Virus record (IMG/VR): IMGVR_UViG_2882238243_000002
Coordinates: 32,001-96,000 of that record
DNA length: 64,000 bases
From: a virus
Taxonomy: Duplodnaviria; Caudoviricetes
Strand: one strand, 5' to 3'
A program made the translations under genes and the position numbers. Shown here piece after piece: positions 41,491 through 53,218 of the stretch (positions are counted from its first letter, which is position 1; every line of letters starts with the position of its first letter). A model generated the notes under the pieces. The model made no database searches. It saw nothing but the letters and a program-made list of their open reading frames with translations, and was not told the DNA's origin.

Positions 41491-43941
41491 GGAATGAAAG
41501 TTGAATATGAATTATTATAAGAGAGCCACTGGATAGTAAAAATCTGGTGGCTTTTGTGATTGGAAAATAGTATAATATGGAGGTGTATTAATAGTGTTGA
41601 CATATAAAAAAGTAGAAAAGTTAGTTGAACAGAAAAACAAAGAGCATGACTATTCAGATATTCGTTATCCGCTTACGCTCAAAAGAGGAGTGCCAGATGC
41701 GAGATATTCAAATAGTTATAAATACACACTGTATAATGCTGCAAATAGGGGTGTAGACAGTGTTCATAAAACGTTACAAGACGTAGTGGATAGTTTGAAG
41801 GGAGAATAATTATGGCGAGAAAAATAAAAATTAAAGACTACTTAGGTGATGAGTATCAAGGTTCTTGGAACGGAAAAGAATATAGCTCAAAATTTTCAGA
41901 CGGAAAGGATCTTGTACGAATTTATATCGATGACGAAGAGGTTCATGTTGAGCGTAAAGAATTAGATAAAATTTACGCTGGCGATGAAAGACTTCATCTG
42001 AAAATGCAAGCAAATTTATTAGATGAAATAATGAAGCAAGATGATGAGTTTCTCAAAAAAGTATTGAGCAAAGTTATAGGCTGTGGTAGGCTAGTTAATA
42101 GAAAAGAGCGGAACGAAATTATTACAATATTGGACAATAGCACTACATTTAAAGCCATAGAAGAAAAGGATTACAGATATTAGACGAAGGTAAACAATAA
42201 TAAGGGACGAGGAAAACAGAAAAATGGAATTGAATCATTTTACAGTAAACACTAAAAATAATAGAGTTAGTAAATCGGAGGAGGTGCTAAAAGCCACTCG
42301 GAAAAATTTGAGACAGACAATAATAGATGCACAAGGTGATTGTGGGGTTGATGTGCTTGATAATACCAACTTTAAATTAACTGTTGAAGAAAACTGTTAT
42401 ATGGGAACTCTGAGTGTCTATGAAAAAGATATATTACTCCCTATTTTAGTAACTGGTGGAGCATCTACTGAATATAGTCGAAAATATATTTGGGGTGAAA
42501 TGTTAAAAGTAAACAATGTTTTGCAAACACAAAGGTTAAATACAATACTTGATGCAAATAGCATTATTTTCCCCACCTCACCTTTAATTATGGATATTGT
42601 TATTGAGATGGTTGCAATAAAACATATTGACATAATGGAATGGACTGGTGATTTTTCAAAGTGTATAGGACATATACTGTTAGGAAGTTCAGTTGATTTC
42701 AAATAAAAGGATTATTTCATGATGTGATAGGAGGATGTTGATATGTGTATGCCAGAATTAAAGGAAATAAAGTAGTATCAATAAATGGATTTAAAGTTGA
42801 ATTAGATATGGTAACTTTATTCTATGGAAGCGCAGTAAGTGGGTATAAACAAAAAAGCTATATGTTATATGACGTGGAAGTATTTGAAAGATGAAATGAT
42901 TGTTTGATTGGAGCATGTGGCTCGTAAAAATAAAGGACAAACTATAAGGAAATATAAAATGTCAGTTGGAGGCTAGAATATGATTATAAAAATGAGTATT
43001 GAGAAGTATGAAGAATCTTTTGAAGAACTTAGGAATAAAATAAAATCGTTTAATACGGACAACTATATGTTTGATTTACAATTATCAGATAAGAAGATTT
43101 TTGGCAATGTATCTTCTTGTTTTGAATTAATTATAAAAACACCCGTGGTGAAAGAAGTGGAAAGAATTGAATTAGAGTTTATGTATGAAGATGTAGATAG
43201 TTATATTTATAGATTTGAACCGATAGTGAAGAATGGTCTTATTGACGAAGCTTTATTAGGACTTATGAGTTATATAGTAGAATACACTAAATAATAGTTT
43301 GATCAAGAAAGGAACAAAAATATGGTAACAACAGTTTGCTATAAAAATGAGAAAGTTTGGGAAACGAGAGAGTTAGCAGAACAGTATTTTTTAGAGTGTA
43401 TGATGAAATGTGACGCGGGAAGTGAAAGAGATAGATATGTTAATATTTATTGTAAATTAAAGAGTGGAAGAGATTACTGCACTGACAATATAGATGAAAT
43501 TTGAGATTTATAGGATGTAATTATATGAATGCAACATATTATAACAATGAACAACTTTTAAAATCTGTTGTTCAGCTAGAAAAAGATTGGAAAAGATTGT
43601 ACCCGAATGGAGATATTGACAACCCATTATATGAAGGATTACAATATGAAAGGTACTTATGTAATAAGCGAGGACTTAACTATTGATTAGTGAAATCTAA
43701 GATTCAAGGAGGATTTTAAAATGAGTGGTATTAAATTTAAATCTGTGCCTAAACACGCAAATATTATACATGAGACCCCAATTATAGAAATTGATGGTGT
43801 TGAATTACATGGGTGCGTGACAAATAAAGACGACGATGAAATTTTAAAAGTTAAGGTTTCAAAATGGAGCGATATGGTACATATTGCTAACGCTCACACC
43901 GATGCATGACCGTGAAATCATCGTTTCAAAGGACTGAGAAA

Positions 43942-44193
43942 TCAGTCCTTTTTTGTACGGTGAAATGTTGGATCGTCAGTACGTCCGACTAAATAATCTA
44001 TAGACGTTTGAAAATAATCAGCTAATTTTATTACCATGTCTAAACTTGGCTTTTTCTGTTCATTTTCAAAATTACTGATTGTTGCTCTCGTAGCCCCTAA
44101 ATCATTAGCTAATTGCTCCATCGTTAATCCTTTAGATGTACGAAGTTCTTTTAATCTAGTGGAAAATGATGGAAGAAAAAAGAAAAAAAACAT
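43942..44193 (-). CDS. XRE-family repressor
   Basis: RLKELRTSKGLTMEQLANDLG...KPSLDMVIKLADYF...DYLVGR. Confidence 0.9.
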   Translation of the reverse strand: MFFFFFLPSFSTRLKELRTSKGLTMEQLANDLGATRATISNFENEQKKPSLDMVIKLADYFQTSIDYLVGRTDDPTFHRTKKD

Positions 44194-44204
44194 TTTATCA
44201 CCTC

Positions 44205-44250
44205 TTGACAAAAGTATTCAAATAGAATACAATGTATTCAGATGGAATAC
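44205..44250. promoter_or_regulatory. Divergent switch: promoter with two palindromic operators
   Basis: TTGACA(44205)-17-TACAAT; GTATTC-N5-GAATAC at 44214 and 44234. Confidence 0.75.
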
Positions 44251-44283
44251 AAACGAGATATAAAAACTGGAAAGGAGAGCAAA

Positions 44284-44472
44284 ATGAGCCAGTTAAAGAA
44301 ACTTCGTTTGCAACATCATTGGACTCAACAATATGTAGCAGATGTTATTGGTATTACAAAGGCAGCTTATTCTAATATAGAAAATGGAAATAGAAATCCA
44401 TCATTAAAAATTGCTTTACATCTGCAAAATATATTTGGTCTACAAATAGAAAAAATATTGGAAAAAGAATAG
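44284..44472 (+). CDS. Cro-like XRE regulator
   Basis: LKKLRLQHHWTQQYVADVIGITKAAYSNIENGNRNPSL. Confidence 0.88.
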   Translation: MSQLKKLRLQHHWTQQYVADVIGITKAAYSNIENGNRNPSLKIALHLQNIFGLQIEKILEKE

Positions 44473-44708
44473 CGGTTTCACTCCGACCAAAGAACGAAAA
44501 CCGCTACACCGTAACTTGGATTTAATCCCTAAGTCGATTACATTCTATCGTACTTTCAGGACTAATTCAAGTCAAATTTTCCAAAACAGAGCACATTGAC
44601 AATTAAATCCATCCACAAACGGAGAATAACAAAGTGAAACCGTAAGCGTAATACCGTAAATTCGCTGTGAAGTGTGTGACGGATGATAAAAGAAAGGATG
44701 ATATTATT

Positions 44709-45458
44709 ATGAAGAAAAATTATGAAGTAAAAGAAGTTCCGTTTAAAGGAGACTCATTATTAGGAGTAAAAGATGAAACAGGACAAGTTTGGTTAGGAGT
44801 TAGAAAGTGTTGTCTTGATATTGGATTAACAGAGCATCAAGCTGATAGGCAAAGAGATAATATTAAGAACGATTTAGCATTATCCAAAGGGTACTCAAAT
44901 TTGGATATCCCTACAAATGGAGGAATTCAAAAGGTGTTATGTATTAGCGAAAAGTTTGTCACATTATGGCTTGCTAAAATTTCACTAACTCCTACTATGC
45001 AGAAGAAGAATCCGAAGGCAGTACAAAAACTACTTGAATACCAGCTAGAAGCTGCTGATGTTCTTCATAAAGCATTTTATGAGACAGAAGAACAGAAGTC
45101 TGCGTTTAACGCTAGAATTGGTTTAGAGGGACATATTGAGGTTATGCAAGTACAGATTAATAACATGGAAAGTATGTTAGAAACACAGACCGAAAAACTT
45201 GATAGAGTTGTAGAAAATATGACACTTTCTACCAGGCAACAGCAGAAACTTTATAAAGCAGCTAAAGACAGGATCAATCATCTTTTGGGTGGCGCTCATA
45301 GCAGAGAGTATAAAGCTAATGCAAAAAGTTATTTTATTAACCTTTGGAACGGTTTGAAATCTCGCTTTGAGTGTGGCAGCTCATATAAGGATCTAAATCC
45401 CGTTTATTATAATGAAGCCTTCGACTTTATTTCTGAATGGGAATATGTAGAGGGATAA
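44709..45458 (+). CDS. Phage antirepressor, paralogue of 34084-34845
   Basis: Near-identical C-terminal half (LETQTEKLDRVVENMTLSTRQQQKLYKAAKDRIN). Confidence 0.8.
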   Translation: MKKNYEVKEVPFKGDSLLGVKDETGQVWLGVRKCCLDIGLTEHQADRQRDNIKNDLALSKGYSNLDIPTNGGIQKVLCISEKFVTLWLAKISLTPTMQKKNPKAVQKLLEYQLEAADVLHKAFYETEEQKSAFNARIGLEGHIEVMQVQINNMESMLETQTEKLDRVVENMTLSTRQQQKLYKAAKDRINHLLGGAHSREYKANAKSYFINLWNGLKSRFECGSSYKDLNPVYYNEAFDFISEWEYVEG

Positions 45459-45617
45459 TACATATAACATAATTCACGTTTTACATATGCGGTCGGTAGC
45501 TGTCAAAGGCTGTCGGCTGATTTCTGACATGCTGTATATGCGATGTCGATGGTCTTATACTTTCCCATTGTAAAGAAAGTAGTTACTAGAAATGATTTCT
45601 GGAAAGGAAGTGAAACT

Positions 45618-46613
45618 ATGTGCTACAAAGAAGAAGTACAAAGAAAAAATGCTGAGAAGTTACAACGAAAATTTGATGAAGAGAATGTACCAGAATTTAT
45701 TCAGGACTTTTTCCCACGCATAGCAAGTAGAGCTGCAAGGATTAATTATTGGTCAACTATTAAAAATATGCTTAAATGGTTAATGGAAAATAATTTCATA
45801 AAAAGAGATAAGCTAAGTGATATAGTATCTGATGATATTAAAAACATCAGACCTGCAAAGATGATTTCCTACTTTGAGTATTTAAAATATGATAAAAAGA
45901 TATCACTCAACACACTAAGCACTCAAAAAAATCAGCTTGGAAGTTTTTGGGAGTACTTAAAGGAAGAACACTATCTTGACGATAATATTGTCCATATGGT
46001 CAAATCAGAAGAATTTAAGCCAGCAAAAACAAACAGAAGAAAGATGGAAAAAATGCCATTACATGAAGATGTTGAAGAGATGATTGAAAAAATACTCAGA
46101 AAGCCAGATGAATTTATAAGGATAAGAAATATTATGGTGTTTAGAGTGTTGAGAGGAACTGGACTAAGAGAGTCTGAATTAGCTGGATTAGATATTGATA
46201 ATTTATTTTTAGAAGAAGAACATCCCTATATTCTTGTAATCAGTAAAGGAACCTATGATTACTCAGATAATGGAAAAGATATAGTATATCTCACTAAAGA
46301 TGCAACAGCGGCTTTAAATGAGTGGTTAGAATATCGAATGGAACTAGATGATATTGTAGATAGTAAAGCCATTTTTCTCAACAAAAATGGAAAGCGTATG
46401 AATGAGGAAAATATTCAAAACATGTTTAAAACCTATTCTAGTGGAAAATTAACGCCACACATGATGAGACATGAATATACCACTATATTACAAAGAGAAA
46501 CGAATGATCCAACGTTCGTACAGGAGCAAGGAAGGTGGAAGTCTGATAAGGTTATGAGGTCTGTATATGATAGTGGGGCAAGTAGGTCTTTGGGTAAACT
46601 GGCAAATATGTAA
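45618..46613 (+). CDS. Tyrosine recombinase
   Basis: GTGLRESEL, SKG, TPHMMRH, GRW, VY: catalytic set R-K-H-R-W-Y present. Confidence 0.9.
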   Translation: MCYKEEVQRKNAEKLQRKFDEENVPEFIQDFFPRIASRAARINYWSTIKNMLKWLMENNFIKRDKLSDIVSDDIKNIRPAKMISYFEYLKYDKKISLNTLSTQKNQLGSFWEYLKEEHYLDDNIVHMVKSEEFKPAKTNRRKMEKMPLHEDVEEMIEKILRKPDEFIRIRNIMVFRVLRGTGLRESELAGLDIDNLFLEEEHPYILVISKGTYDYSDNGKDIVYLTKDATAALNEWLEYRMELDDIVDSKAIFLNKNGKRMNEENIQNMFKTYSSGKLTPHMMRHEYTTILQRETNDPTFVQEQGRWKSDKVMRSVYDSGASRSLGKLANM

Positions 46614-48029
46614 ACATAAGAATTGTGTGTTTCATAGAGAATGGATTTGTGATAAAATTGAAAGAGAATTAAAAAGAATGCAAGGACGGAGCCGGTTTAC
46701 CATGAAGAAAATTTTAGACTACACAATTAATAAAGATGATATGGCAAAGATGGACGATAGAGAAGTGGCAGAATTGTTAATGTACACCGATAGAGATAGA
46801 AAAGAATTAGAAGTTGCCGAGAAAATATATTGGTGGTGTGTTGAAGAAATTAATCGAAGAGAAGATGAGGTGGTTTCATGAAATGCACATTAGAAGAGGA
46901 TGTTAATACTTGTCAATTCTTCAAAAGAGAGGTTCACACATGAAATGAAGGTAAATGTTCTTTTCAGGAAGAAGACGAAACAAACGTAAACGGAGAATAT
47001 ACAAGAGATAAGCGTTGGTATGAGCAATATTACAAGAAGAAAGATTGATTTCAAGTGAAGAGGAGGATTTAACATATGGAAACTATTTTGTATGGGGAGC
47101 ATAGCGTGTGGAAATTTTTAAAAAAAGATAGATATACCAAAGAAGGAATAAAGAAAACAGAACAGATTTATGATTTTCTTCAAAAGATGAAAGAAGATGT
47201 GGGTGTTGACAGAATGAGAGAATTGTTTGATATGTGGAATGAATATAGTGATGAGACATTTTGGATTTTATCAAACATTACTCATGATAATGAATAGCAG
47301 TTAAAAGCCAGATTAATAGGAGGAAATGATGGAAAAATTTATGAACGAACCAATCCCATATGAGCGGACTAATAAAGACATTATTCAGGAATATGAAAAG
47401 TGCCAAGATAAAAAGAAAGTGGCTGTCATATGGGGAATTAGTGTAAAAGAAGTTGATGAGATATTAAAACAAGAGAAGACTTGAGGTGATGTTATATGAA
47501 AGTAAAGAGAAATAATCCGGAGTGGTGTTGTCAACAGATTGAGGATAAAATACAAGATTATAAAATAAGTATAACTGAAACAGAAAACGAAGATGTAAGA
47601 AGGCAATTAGAAATTATTGTTGAGGACTTAGAAGAAATATTATATGGATGAAATGCTGTTTTCAAATTAAAAATTATTCAGGAGGATAATATGAATATGG
47701 ATAGTAAGATTAATAATTTATTATATTTAGAAACAATCATAACAAACCTGATACACCGTGAAATTGAAGAATTATTAAGAGGAAAAGAATCGGATAGTCA
47801 AAAACTTAAAGAAAGTATTATATACCAAATAGATGACAGACTGAATACACGATAAAATCAACTTTAAAAAGAAATTCATGTAAAAAGAAGTTAGAAGATA
47901 TGGAATATGAGGTGAGCTTTTCTCCAGATAATTATGAATTAGTGATACGAAAATTTGATATGATAGACAAGCATTGAATAAAATCTTTGTTTGTGGTTGG
48001 AGAATAATAAACGTAAAGAGGTAAGGTAG

Positions 48030-48281
48030 ATGAAATTAAATTTTAGCTTGAAGAATAAGGAAGCAAGTTTAGAAGCAGATGTTGAAGGGGTTATTGAAAA
48101 AGGTTTCGAGCATAGGGCTAAAAATCCTAATAGAAAAACTCGACATCAGATCAAACAAGAAGAAAAACGGTTGAATGAAGAATTAAAACAGAAAAAGTTA
48201 ATTCAGGGTATGCTGCTGATGATGGGACTCATTGTTTTTGCTCTAATTATCTGCGCAATCGGATCTGCGTTGAATTGGTAG
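48030..48281 (+). CDS. Hypothetical membrane protein
   Basis: C-terminal hydrophobic helix. Confidence 0.55.
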   Translation: MKLNFSLKNKEASLEADVEGVIEKGFEHRAKNPNRKTRHQIKQEEKRLNEELKQKKLIQGMLLMMGLIVFALIICAIGSALNW

Positions 48282-48342
48282 AAAAGATGTGAGAATTAGT
48301 GGTAAGATACAATGAAAGGATAGTTTCGTGGGAGGTGATGTT

Positions 48343-48697
48343 GTGGGATTTGATATGTACCTGATTAAGGTGGACAAAAATAAGATAAGAAATTTAGAAG
48401 AACCTTTGTGGCAAGAAATTCAAGATGCAACGATTGATGAAGTAGATAACTATTATCCTGTTTTACATGATTTTTATTAGGATCATGATGATTTACAATG
48501 GATATATGAAGAATATAATCTCTTATCGGAAATCAGTTTGACTGAAATAATTGAGTGGTTAAAAGAGAAAATAAAAACAAAAAAAACTTTGGTTTAGATA
48601 GTAGCGAAGAAAGAATGACTAAAATGGTTTATGAAAATATAAAAGATTGGATTCCTCTAAAAGAAAATGAGATTGTTTATTTTGAGGAAGATAGCTA
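48343..48697 (+). pseudogene. Disrupted hypothetical gene
   Basis: GGAGGTG RBS, MGFDMYLIKVDK...; in-frame TAG at ~48478 and an apparent frameshift in the A-tract at ~48580. Confidence 0.45.
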
Positions 48698-48975
48698 ATA
48701 AAAGAGAAATCTCTTTTGGAAAGGAGAATAAGTAATTATGGACAATAAAAAATGCATTGAGATTTTAGAAACTTTAAAATGCGACTTAGATGACAATTGG
48801 GACAAATCAGACCCTGAAATAATTCAAATTATAAATAGATATTTTTCCGCTATTGATCATGCGATTATCAGTTTATCAAGTAAGAATATGGTAGGAGAAC
48901 TGATTATTGAAGACAAAAAATATATTATTTGTGGACAAGAATTGAGTTGATGATTTACTAGATAGGAGGGCTTGT

Positions 48976-49551
48976 ATGAGCGTGGAAATGCAAATTGCTT
49001 TATTGGGTATCATAGGCACCCTTGTAGGTACAGTATTAGGTTGGTTTTTAAATAATCTGTCACAGCGAGGAAAACTTAATATATATGTTTCATCTTGGAA
49101 AGATAAATTCGAGTACAATCATATTGGAACAATGGTTCCTAGTTCAAGCATCGAACAGACTGAAAGTTATTCATACAGATTAGCACTCGATTTATATAAC
49201 GATAGTGGTGAAACAAAGATAATGAGAAATGTTGAAATTGTATTTGCTAAAAACAAAGAGGTATTGTATTGCAGTGTTCCCAAAGATGAAGCAACTGGGC
49301 GAACAAGCCATCCGATGGCATATTATGATGATGTATTACCTATAAACATCCCACCAAAGACTGTTTTACATATAGAACTCTTCAAAGGGGTTTGGAAAAG
49401 TAATACCTCACTTGATTTTATTTGGAAAACTACTTCGGTATTTTTGAGATATGTAAACGAGAATAATAAAAAAGTAAGTGTTATGATTAATAAAGTAAAC
49501 TACAAGGATTATTTTATTCATCATAAGACAGATGAGCAAGATAATGAATAA
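48976..49551 (+). CDS. Membrane-anchored hypothetical protein
   Basis: N-terminal TM IALLGIIGTLVGTVLGWFL. Confidence 0.65.
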   Translation: MSVEMQIALLGIIGTLVGTVLGWFLNNLSQRGKLNIYVSSWKDKFEYNHIGTMVPSSSIEQTESYSYRLALDLYNDSGETKIMRNVEIVFAKNKEVLYCSVPKDEATGRTSHPMAYYDDVLPINIPPKTVLHIELFKGVWKSNTSLDFIWKTTSVFLRYVNENNKKVSVMINKVNYKDYFIHHKTDEQDNE

Positions 49552-49848
49552 AAGTTCAGTTTCAATACGGGAGGGATAAATATGGATTGGAATAAAGTAA
49601 ATCTAAGAAGTAAAGATAAAAATTTACCACAAGCGGACATACCTGTAATATGGGCAACTAATGAAGAAACTCATGATGAAAAGATATTCCATAAATTTAT
49701 TGGATGGCTAAGTAAGGATTGTAAATATGTGGAGTCTGGATGGAAAAGATATAGAGTAACTAGTAAATTCTGGTGGCAGGAATTGCCAGATGATCCGGAA
49801 ATTTAATATATAATGAATGTGAAATTTCGTAGCATTGGGAGAAAGTAG

Positions 49849-50604
49849 GTGATATTTATAATTTATGTAACCGGAGATACTCATGGAGATTGGATGAGCC
49901 GTTTAAATTCTAATTCATTTCCAGAGCAAAAGGAGATGACCAAGGATGATTATGTGATTATCTGTGGTGATTTTGGTATATGGGACAACTCCAACAGAGA
50001 AAAATATAATCTAAATTGGCTCGAAGATAAACCTTTTACAACACTGTTTGTGTCTGGAAATCATGAAAACTATGATATTCTTGACTCATTGTCAATTTCA
50101 GAATGGCACGGTGGCAACGTCAATTACATAAGACCATCAGTAATGCACTTGATGCGTGGACAGGTTTTTAATATTGAAGGTAAGAATTTCTTTACATTTG
50201 GTGGCGCAAGTAGCCATGATATTTCAGATGGAATTTTGGAGAAAGACGATCTCAAAATAAAAAAATGGAGAAAAGATTATTCTAAAATGTTTCGTATTAA
50301 CCATGTCTCATGGTGGGAAAGAGAATTACCTTCCAACGAAGAAATGAATGAAGGAATTGCAAAACTTGCTGTTGTTAAAAATAAAGTTGATTATATTATC
50401 ACTCATAGTCCATATACATGGCTATTAAAGCAGGTGGATGGTGGTAGTGGACTGTATAAACCGGATATACTGACCGATTACTTGCAAGACATCAAGCAAA
50501 CTGTTGATTATAAGCATTGGATGTTTGGGCACATGCACACCAATCAAACGTTTTATTGGGAAAGAGCAAGTTGCTTATATGAACAGATTATTAGAATAGA
50601 ATAA
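49849..50604 (+). CDS. Metallophosphoesterase
   Basis: GDTHG, CGDFG, GNHE, THS, FGHMH. Confidence 0.88.
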   Translation: MIFIIYVTGDTHGDWMSRLNSNSFPEQKEMTKDDYVIICGDFGIWDNSNREKYNLNWLEDKPFTTLFVSGNHENYDILDSLSISEWHGGNVNYIRPSVMHLMRGQVFNIEGKNFFTFGGASSHDISDGILEKDDLKIKKWRKDYSKMFRINHVSWWERELPSNEEMNEGIAKLAVVKNKVDYIITHSPYTWLLKQVDGGSGLYKPDILTDYLQDIKQTVDYKHWMFGHMHTNQTFYWERASCLYEQIIRIE

Positions 50605-50658
50605 TGAAATGTCCAAACGTGAATTATAGTATTAATAAAAAAAAGAAATAAATTCCTA

Positions 50659-50687
50659 TTGAAAAAGAACAACTGTTCGATTATAAT
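50659..50687 (+). promoter_or_regulatory. LexA-repressed promoter
   Basis: TTGAAA-17-TATAAT with GAAC-AACT-GTTC (50667-50678) in the spacer. Confidence 0.8.
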
Positions 50688-50718
50688 AACCTTATCCAAT
50701 AATTTAGGAGGTGTCATT

Positions 50719-51984
50719 TTGGATAGGGTTATTTTTCATATAGATGTAAATTCCGCGTTTTTATCATGGGAAGCAGCATATCGCATTCATCATCTGGGAG
50801 GTAGATTGGATTTGCGTACAATTCCATCTGCTATCGGTGGAGATGTAAGTATGCGCCATGGTATTATTCTTGCTAAGAGCATACCAGCAAAGCCGTATGG
50901 AATTCAGACTGGAATGACGATAATGGAGGCAAAACAAAAATGCCCTAATTTATATTTGGCTCCTCCGAATTACTCTTTGTATCAGAAATGCTCGAAGGCA
51001 TTTTTGACTATTTTACGTGAATATACACAAGATGTTGAGGTATACAGTATTGATGAAGCATTTCTCGATATGACAACTACAATGCACCTATATGGAGATC
51101 CTATAGATGTAGCTAATCAAATTAAGAATCGAATACGAGACGAATTAGGATTTACTGTGAATATTGGAATTTCATCTAATAAACTTCTGGCAAAGATGGC
51201 AGGTGATTTCAAGAAGCCAGATTTAGTTCATACACTTTTCCCGGAAGAAATTGAGAAGAAAATGTGGGTATTGCCAGTATCAGAACTATTTTTCTGTGGT
51301 CGAGCTACCACAAAGAAATTATTGAACTTTGGTATTAATACAATAGGAGATTTAGCGCATACTGATATAGAGTTCTTAAAAAGAAATTTAAAAAAGCAAG
51401 GTGAAATAATGTGGAACTTTGCGAATGGACTTGATTTTTCTGCTGTAATATCAGAAACGCCAAAACAAAAGGGGTATGGAAATTCTACCACCACTCAGTT
51501 TGATGTAAAAGATGCTGAGACAGCTCAAAAGGTGTTATTAGCATTGTGTGAAACTGTAGCTGCTAGATTGCGAAAAGATGATTTCCAAGCACAAGTAATA
51601 TCTGTTGGCGTTAAGAGTTCCGATTTAAGTTATGCAAGTCATCAGATGATTATGAAAAGTCCAACGAATATTACAAATGAATTATATTATTATTCTTGCA
51701 AGCTATTTCTTGAATTATGGGATAAACAAACTCCTATACGACATCTTGCGGTTCACACCAGTTCTTTAACATCTGAGTTTGGTTCCCGACAGCTTAACTT
51801 ATTCGACGTAACTGATTATATAAGGTTAGAAACGTTAGATAAGACAGTAGATATTATCAGAACAAGATATGGTAATGATGCGGTTAAACGAGCAGTATTT
51901 ATTCAAACGCCAATTGACCATATGGAGGGTGGAGTGTCTAGAGAAAAGCGTACAGTAGATTATTCAAAGATTAACGTTGTCTGA
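50719..51984 (+). CDS. dinB: Y-family DNA polymerase (DinB/UvrX-like)
   Basis: FHIDVNSAF, YSIDEAF, NKLLAKMA, QLNLF clamp-binding motif. Confidence 0.92.
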   Translation: MDRVIFHIDVNSAFLSWEAAYRIHHLGGRLDLRTIPSAIGGDVSMRHGIILAKSIPAKPYGIQTGMTIMEAKQKCPNLYLAPPNYSLYQKCSKAFLTILREYTQDVEVYSIDEAFLDMTTTMHLYGDPIDVANQIKNRIRDELGFTVNIGISSNKLLAKMAGDFKKPDLVHTLFPEEIEKKMWVLPVSELFFCGRATTKKLLNFGINTIGDLAHTDIEFLKRNLKKQGEIMWNFANGLDFSAVISETPKQKGYGNSTTTQFDVKDAETAQKVLLALCETVAARLRKDDFQAQVISVGVKSSDLSYASHQMIMKSPTNITNELYYYSCKLFLELWDKQTPIRHLAVHTSSLTSEFGSRQLNLFDVTDYIRLETLDKTVDIIRTRYGNDAVKRAVFIQTPIDHMEGGVSREKRTVDYSKINVV

Positions 51985-51995
51985 TTCAAAGGAAG

Positions 51996-52316
51996 GTGAT
52001 TTTTGTGGGAATGGGCATCGGAATAAATGATACAATTACCGATGAAGGTGTGATAAAGGGGCATCAAGAAGAAGTGGCTTGTGATGCGTGGTTTACAGCT
52101 AGCGGCAGAATAATTATTCGCCTTATAAAACAAAAGAAAAAAGACGAAAGTATAGTTGAAATAGATAATATTCGTGTACTTTCATCATCTAAAAAGAACT
52201 TTTGTGGTATTCAAACGATAGAATTTATATGCGAAGCAGTTGTTGAAGGTTTTATGAAAAGATTTAAGCTGTTCTTTTACACAGAAGAACAAATATGGAG
52301 GATGATAATGTTGTAA
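51996..52316 (+). CDS. Hypothetical protein in the mutagenesis cassette
   Basis: Lies between DinB and SRAP genes. Confidence 0.6.
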   Translation: MIFVGMGIGINDTITDEGVIKGHQEEVACDAWFTASGRIIIRLIKQKKKDESIVEIDNIRVLSSSKKNFCGIQTIEFICEAVVEGFMKRFKLFFYTEEQIWRMIML

Positions 52317-52335
52317 TAAATAAGGAGGTGTAAAA

Positions 52336-52923
52336 ATGTGTGGACGATATTATGTTGATGATAATACAGCCAAAGAAATTGAAAGATTGCTTCAAAAATT
52401 AGACAATCGATTAAAGGTAGCACATAAATCAGGAGATGTATATCCAACTAACAGTGCAATGATTGTCAAAGGAGAAAATGAGAAGCTGATTTTAGATGAA
52501 ATGATTTGGGGTTTCCCACAATATCAGAAAAAAGGTGTTATATTTAATACAAGATCGGAGTCGGCATTAGAGAAAAAGACTTTCTCGAACAGTACACGGA
52601 GTCGTAGATGCCTAATTCCTGCAAAGGGGTTCTACGAGTGGGATAGTGTAAAAAATAAAATTTCTTTTGAGCGTCAAGATGGAGATACTATGCTACTGGC
52701 TGGTATTTGGAATAATTTTGGATTGGATAGAAGATTTACAATTTTAACAACTGATGCAAATGAAACGATGCATCAGATACATGATAGGATGCCTTTAATA
52801 ATCGAACCTGAAGAAGCAGAAACGTGGTTGTTTGATGAAAGTTGTGTAGAGTTTATGCTGAATAAAATACCATGTAATTTAGCAATTGTTGAAGGAAATT
52901 ATCAGCAAAAACTAGATTTATAA
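52336..52923 (+). CDS. SRAP/HMCES abasic-site protection protein
   Basis: MCGRY N-terminus, NTRSE, GFYEW, IHDRMP. Confidence 0.92.
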   Translation: MCGRYYVDDNTAKEIERLLQKLDNRLKVAHKSGDVYPTNSAMIVKGENEKLILDEMIWGFPQYQKKGVIFNTRSESALEKKTFSNSTRSRRCLIPAKGFYEWDSVKNKISFERQDGDTMLLAGIWNNFGLDRRFTILTTDANETMHQIHDRMPLIIEPEEAETWLFDESCVEFMLNKIPCNLAIVEGNYQQKLDL

Positions 52924-52954
52924 TAATGTTTGATGAAGAAAAAGACGATAGAAA

Positions 52955-53218
52955 TTATTCACTATCGTCTTTTTTATTTTGTTTATTTAACATAAAATAT
53001 GCCATTAAGCGATTTAATCGAGGATCATCTGAAACCATAATTTCATTTGGTGTGCATTCGAGTTCGAGACAGATTGCTTCGAGTATTTCCAGCTTTATGC
53101 TAGTTGATTCGCCATTATATATTTTATCTACGGTCTTGTAAGTAACGTCAATACGTTTTGCCAACTCATACCTGGTTATTCCTTTATTATCTAACTTATC
53201 TTTAATATTTAAACGCAT
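52955..53218 (-). CDS. Cro/C1-type HTH regulator
   Basis: GITRYELAKRIDV...IKLEILEAICLELECTPNEI. Confidence 0.85.
   Translation of the reverse strand: MRLNIKDKLDNKGITRYELAKRIDVTYKTVDKIYNGESTSIKLEILEAICLELECTPNEIMVSDDPRLNRLMAYFMLNKQNKKDDSE

Larger units (their letters stand above)
31317..43909 (+). other. Array of more than 40 small co-oriented hypothetical genes (early/accessory region)
   Basis: Dense 40-190 aa ORFs with individual RBSs, e.g. 31584, 31801, 32057, 35244, 35562, 35917, 36474, 36910, 38037, 38270, 38876, 39323, 39835, 40220, 41594, 41812, 42224, 42980, 43322, 43721. Confidence 0.75.

Noticed and set aside
44170-44193. Poly-T tract encoding MFFFFFL as a phase-variation switch in the repressor
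   Set aside because: The runs are short and interrupted in an AT-rich genome, and the frame is intact
31234-49829. CRISPR array or classical integron attC interpretation of the junction repeats
   Set aside because: Repeats are short and degenerate with gene-sized spacing; no cas genes, no RYYYAAC/GTTRRRY attC hairpins seen, and no basis to call either recombinase IntI
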